Source: Ruminococcus flavefaciens (lineage in GTDB: Bacteria > Bacillota > Clostridia > Oscillospirales > Ruminococcaceae). Taken from it: a stretch of DNA of 64,000 nt. The notes under the pieces were generated by a model, which ran no database searches, was not told the origin of the DNA, and saw only the letters and a list, made by a program, of their open reading frames with translations. This document shows positions 60,368 through 64,000 of the stretch, piece after piece (position 1 is the first letter of the stretch; every line of letters starts with the position of its first letter). The stretch covers positions 157,437 through 221,436 of the forward strand of contig CAMORW010000001.1 in NCBI GenBank assembly GCA_946624075.1. Reading direction: 5' to 3'. The position numbers and the translations under genes were made by a program.

Positions 60368-61534
60368 ATGAATGACAAGATCAATTCAATTATGGATGCC
60401 GCTTCCTCACGCGGTGAAAGTATAGGCGCTTTATGTCTTGTCCTGAAAGGCGATGATGAGCTGTTCTTCGGCGCAAATGGTCACGCTGACAGAGCCGGCG
60501 GCGTCGCTATGAAGAGAGACAGCATTTTCCGCCTTTTCTCACTTTCAAAACCGATCACTGCGGCTGCCGTTATGCTGCTGACGGATATGGGGAAACTCTC
60601 GCCCTCTGATCCGGTATCAAAGTATTTTCCGGAATACTCAGACATGTATCAGCTCAGCGATGACGGGAAGATAGTCCCTTGCGCTGATAAAGTCACTATC
60701 CTTCATCTGCTGACCATGACTTCCGGTATCCCCTACGCCAATGTCGGCGATCCCTCAGTTGAAGCTGCCGGCAAGCTCTTCGATCAGATAATAGAGGGAC
60801 AGCAGAACGGGATGCCGCTGAGTACGGAAGGATTCTGCCGGCGTGCAGCAGGTATCCCTCTCAGATTCGCCCCCGGCAGCAAATGGGATTACGGCATTTC
60901 CGCTGACATTCTCGGCGGTATCTGCGAACAGGCATCAGGTATGAGATTCAGTCAGTTTCTCCGGAAATACCTCTTTGATCCGCTGGGAATGAATGATACG
61001 GGATTCTACGTTCCGCAAGAAAAGATTTCAAGGTTCACGAAACTCTATTCATGGCAGAAAAATGGTCTGGGCGAAGATCACGGTAATTATCTCGGACTTA
61101 CCGATTACTCTGCGCCGCCTGCTTTTGAATCCGGCGGTGCCGGTCTCGTTTCCACTATCGACGACTATGCAAGATTCGTCCGCATGCTGACCGGCGGCGG
61201 AGTATTCGAGGGAAAACACATACTCAGCTCAGACGCTGTCCGTTTCATGACAGAGCCTAAACTCGGGGAAACTCAGCAGGCGTGTCTCTGGGACAGGCTC
61301 TCCGGATATAACTACGGATGCCTTATGAGAGTGATGACCAGACCTGAAAAATCTGATATCCGCACTTGCAAGGGAGAATTTGGCTGGGACGGCTGGACAG
61401 GCACTTATTTCTGTGCCGATATTTCCAACAGGATCGCTGTACTCTATTTCACTCAGATTTGCGGCGCAGGTACAACTTCGCAGGCAGCTGAGATCAGTTC
61501 CGTCGTTTATGATGAGCTGATACGCGGTATCTGA
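60368..61534 (+). CDS. Serine hydrolase, beta-lactamase/esterase family
   Basis: SIFR..SLSK (SxxK), HLLTMTSG, PG..W.Y, SGG.GL.ST..DY, GEFGWDG. Confidence 0.9.
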   Translation: MNDKINSIMDAASSRGESIGALCLVLKGDDELFFGANGHADRAGGVAMKRDSIFRLFSLSKPITAAAVMLLTDMGKLSPSDPVSKYFPEYSDMYQLSDDGKIVPCADKVTILHLLTMTSGIPYANVGDPSVEAAGKLFDQIIEGQQNGMPLSTEGFCRRAAGIPLRFAPGSKWDYGISADILGGICEQASGMRFSQFLRKYLFDPLGMNDTGFYVPQEKISRFTKLYSWQKNGLGEDHGNYLGLTDYSAPPAFESGGAGLVSTIDDYARFVRMLTGGGVFEGKHILSSDAVRFMTEPKLGETQQACLWDRLSGYNYGCLMRVMTRPEKSDIRTCKGEFGWDGWTGTYFCADISNRIAVLYFTQICGAGTTSQAAEISSVVYDELIRGI

Positions 61535-61538
61535 CACG

Positions 61539-61566
61539 CACAGCTCATGCACCTGCGGCATAATAT
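61539..61566 (+). promoter_or_regulatory. Putative sigma-K-type promoter of the amidase
   Basis: CACA-N16-CATAATAT fits the mother-cell mACm-N16-CATA---T consensus. Confidence 0.4.
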
Positions 61567-61609
61567 ATCTTTAGGGCTATGCTCTATTCTCCATGAAAGG
61601 AAGGTAATT

Positions 61610-62347
61610 ATGCCAAAGGTATTTTTAAGTCCCTCTACTCAGGAATGGAATCAGTATGCCACTGAAGGCAATGAAGAACAATACATGAATCTGCTCGCAG
61701 ACCGGCTTGAACCGTATCTGCGTTCTTCTGGTATAGAATACGTCAGAAACGATCCGGCGAGAAATGTGAACGGCGCTATCGCGGATTCAAACAGCGGAGA
61801 ATACGATGTCCACCTCGCGCTCCATTCAAATGCGGCTCCGGAAAACCTTGCCGGAAGACTAAGAGGTGTTGACATATACTTCGCCCCCAGAAGCAGATAC
61901 AGTGAGAAACTGGCTGATATCATCGCCAATAACATGAGGTCCATATACCCTCTTCCGGACAAGGTGAGGGCTGTCCCCACTTCTACGCTCGGAGAAGTAC
62001 TGCGTACCAAGGCTGTTGCTGTGCTCTGTGAAATAGGATACCATGATAATTTCGCTGACGAGGCATGGCTGAAAAACAATCTCGGCACTATCGCAAAGAA
62101 TCTCGCTGTGTCGCTCTGCGATTACTTCGGGATACCTTTCATCCCTGCCGGCGCTGTACGTTGGGGAACTGTCATCACCGACGGCAGCGGTCTGAATATC
62201 CGCAGCTTTCCTTCGATGTCCGGCACCATTATCGGCTCAATACCAAATGGCGAAACAGTCATTATAAACGGTTCTACAGACGGTTGGTTCGTTGTCTCTT
62301 ATAACGGAGTCACAGGATATTCCAGCAGTGACTATATCGTGCTGTGA
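61610..62347 (+). CDS. N-acetylmuramoyl-L-alanine amidase (Amidase_3) with C-terminal SH3b
   Basis: HSNA and CEIGYHDN amidase motifs, LNIRS.PS...W..V.Y....GY SH3b; ATG 61610. Confidence 0.87.
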   Translation: MPKVFLSPSTQEWNQYATEGNEEQYMNLLADRLEPYLRSSGIEYVRNDPARNVNGAIADSNSGEYDVHLALHSNAAPENLAGRLRGVDIYFAPRSRYSEKLADIIANNMRSIYPLPDKVRAVPTSTLGEVLRTKAVAVLCEIGYHDNFADEAWLKNNLGTIAKNLAVSLCDYFGIPFIPAGAVRWGTVITDGSGLNIRSFPSMSGTIIGSIPNGETVIINGSTDGWFVVSYNGVTGYSSSDYIVL

Positions 62348-62375
62348 TACGTTATCGAACGCTCACCTAAACAGC

Positions 62376-62412
62376 AAGCCCGACGGCAGTTTGTGTGCCG
62401 TCGGGCTTTTTA
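62376..62412. terminator. Bidirectional terminator between the amidase and the DacA-like gene
   Basis: AAGCCCGACGGCA/TGCCGTCGGGCTT stem with T tail. Confidence 0.8.
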
Positions 62413-62427
62413 ATTGATATCAGCCTA

Positions 62428-63921
62428 TCACTTTTTGTTTGACGTTTTCTTACGCTTTTTCTTATCGACCTTAGGTACTGCATAGAGCGGTTTCAGCGGC
62501 TTTGATTTGCTCTTGAAAAGCACGAGTGCATATATACATATCAGGATGTACAGCGCACTGAGCACGATCGCTACCTTCAGCGCGGTCTTGAACCATTCTG
62601 AACCCTTGAACCGCTTTGCTACTTCAAAATTGTACATCCACTTGGATCGCTCCACAGATGATACTGCTACAAGTTCCACCGTTCCAAGTGATTCACCTTC
62701 GTATTCCAGTGTTACTTCACCAAGTACTTCGCCTTTTTCAACGGGAGCTTGCAGTTCAGTCTTGTACCATGTGATATTGTCCTTCTTTATGAATGATGTG
62801 TCCACATCGTCATACCATATCAGGGAAATCTCCTCTTTCGGCCTTGCAAGCACATAATCATTGCCGTCGGCAAGCTTTACCGGAAGTTCTCCGACTTCTG
62901 CCGTGTCCGCAAGCACTACTTTATATGAAAAATGCTCGAACGCCCAGTCGAAAAGATCGGCAGCATCATTAATGTGGTAGAATTTCGGATTTCCTTCCGC
63001 GTCATTGAACGGCGCACGGAGAAGTATCACAAGATAACGGTTGCCGTCTTTATTGGCAGTCGTGATTATATTTCTGCCGGCTGCTGAAAGAAAGGCTGTC
63101 TTAATGCCCTGTGCTCCCATGTAATAACAGTCCTCATTCTCGGGATCCATCATGATATTCGAATGAGTCCATGCCCAGTTGGCGAAGTTCACATGTGTTT
63201 CAGGATTAGGAACTGAAGGATTGTAGGACTGCGTATTTGCTATCTCGGCAAACTTCGAATTCTTCATCGCGTATAATGTCAGCTTTGAGAGATCACGTGC
63301 TGTTGTATACTGCTGTGTATCATACATTCCGTGAGCATTGGTGAAATTAGTGTCGTTCATCCCGAGTGACGCTGCCTTCTCGTTCATCATCTCTACAAAT
63401 GCTGCTGCTCCACGCTCGGGTGAGATATTTTCCTTTTCTGCCGTTCCTTCATTTACAAGCTTCTGACTTCCCACATGATAAGCTATAGTTTCAGATGCTT
63501 CCACAGATGATGTCAGCATCATGCAGTAGAGCAGGTCTGTTACTGTGAGCTTGTCTCCGTCATTGAGATCCATCATCGGCAGATCATCAGAATAATCATT
63601 CTCGCTGATCTCATTGTAAACACCCTGATATACATCAGGATCAAGTGTCAGCACCTCATTGAGATCGGTACAGTTCTCCAGACAAACGATCGCTGTCATT
63701 ATGTTTACAAGCGGTCCCGGCATCTGCTTGGCATCAGCATTCTGCTCGAATATCTCTGTATACTTGTCGTTCTGATAATTCTCAACGTGGAACATTATGG
63801 CGGATTCGCTGTGTATCGTGAATCTGGGACGGAAATTCACTGCGCCTGCTTCCTTTGCCGGAACACAGACCAGCGGAAGTACCGTCGCCAGCGCTGCTAT
63901 CAATGATATTATTCTCTTCAT
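62428..63921 (-). CDS. D-Ala-D-Ala carboxypeptidase (DacA/PBP5)-like protein with degenerate catalytic motifs
   Basis: Signal peptide, TNFTNAHG, YTTARDL, PBP5 C-domain, C-terminal TM; SxxK position reads PLVN; ATG 63921. Confidence 0.85.
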   Translation of the reverse strand: MKRIISLIAALATVLPLVCVPAKEAGAVNFRPRFTIHSESAIMFHVENYQNDKYTEIFEQNADAKQMPGPLVNIMTAIVCLENCTDLNEVLTLDPDVYQGVYNEISENDYSDDLPMMDLNDGDKLTVTDLLYCMMLTSSVEASETIAYHVGSQKLVNEGTAEKENISPERGAAAFVEMMNEKAASLGMNDTNFTNAHGMYDTQQYTTARDLSKLTLYAMKNSKFAEIANTQSYNPSVPNPETHVNFANWAWTHSNIMMDPENEDCYYMGAQGIKTAFLSAAGRNIITTANKDGNRYLVILLRAPFNDAEGNPKFYHINDAADLFDWAFEHFSYKVVLADTAEVGELPVKLADGNDYVLARPKEEISLIWYDDVDTSFIKKDNITWYKTELQAPVEKGEVLGEVTLEYEGESLGTVELVAVSSVERSKWMYNFEVAKRFKGSEWFKTALKVAIVLSALYILICIYALVLFKSKSKPLKPLYAVPKVDKKKRKKTSNKK

Positions 63922-64000
63922 AGTATCTCCTCGGTATAAAGATTCAGATATAGTTATTATAACACATCTTGTCTGAAATAGCAAGATTAAAAGTGAAAAT

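Overview
Core-chromosome window of a ~50% GC Firmicute. The dockerin-like module, gene content and synteny point to a rumen-type Ruminococcus (inference). Most genes lie on the minus strand. In order: a complete Na+-type V/A-ATPase operon (G/H-I-K-E-C-F-A-B-D); minD-mgsA-hisS-aspS-Nudix; aroK; a TIGR01212 radical SAM; a UDPGP-family pyrophosphorylase; a heterodimeric ABC exporter; a GNAT; tRNA-Pro(GGG); an aquaporin; a three-gene class D sortase cassette; an SGNH esterase with a half-dockerin; a PflX-like radical SAM; an orphan ClpC; an unannotated 44-aa Cys-rich microprotein; tig-clpP-clpX; rplS-lepB-lepB-rbgA-rnhB-yraN-thrC-metallophosphoesterase; one AT-rich orphan gene; a TIGR03960/TIGR03936 pair; cdd; fabG; an HD protein; an LtaS-like protein; a thioesterase; htrA; addBA; a double-GH25 lysozyme; rluA; tyrA; a serine hydrolase; an amidase; and a DacA-like protein. 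No transposase, integrase, prophage or CRISPR array was found. The most unusual signal is a 94-bp non-coding element. It occurs as a three-unit tandem array (43670-43957) and as an inverted solo copy 28 kb away (15548-15644). It carries a hairpin with a compensatory base-pair change and a complete outward-facing sigma-A promoter that appears to drive the neighbouring genes. Other highlights are two probable pseudoenzymes (a PBP lacking SxxK/SxN/KTG and an MgsA lacking the catalytic Asp), a sortase substrate with a non-canonical VEDTG signal, and the AT-rich orphan gene. All family assignments come from motif recognition by eye; no database search was run.
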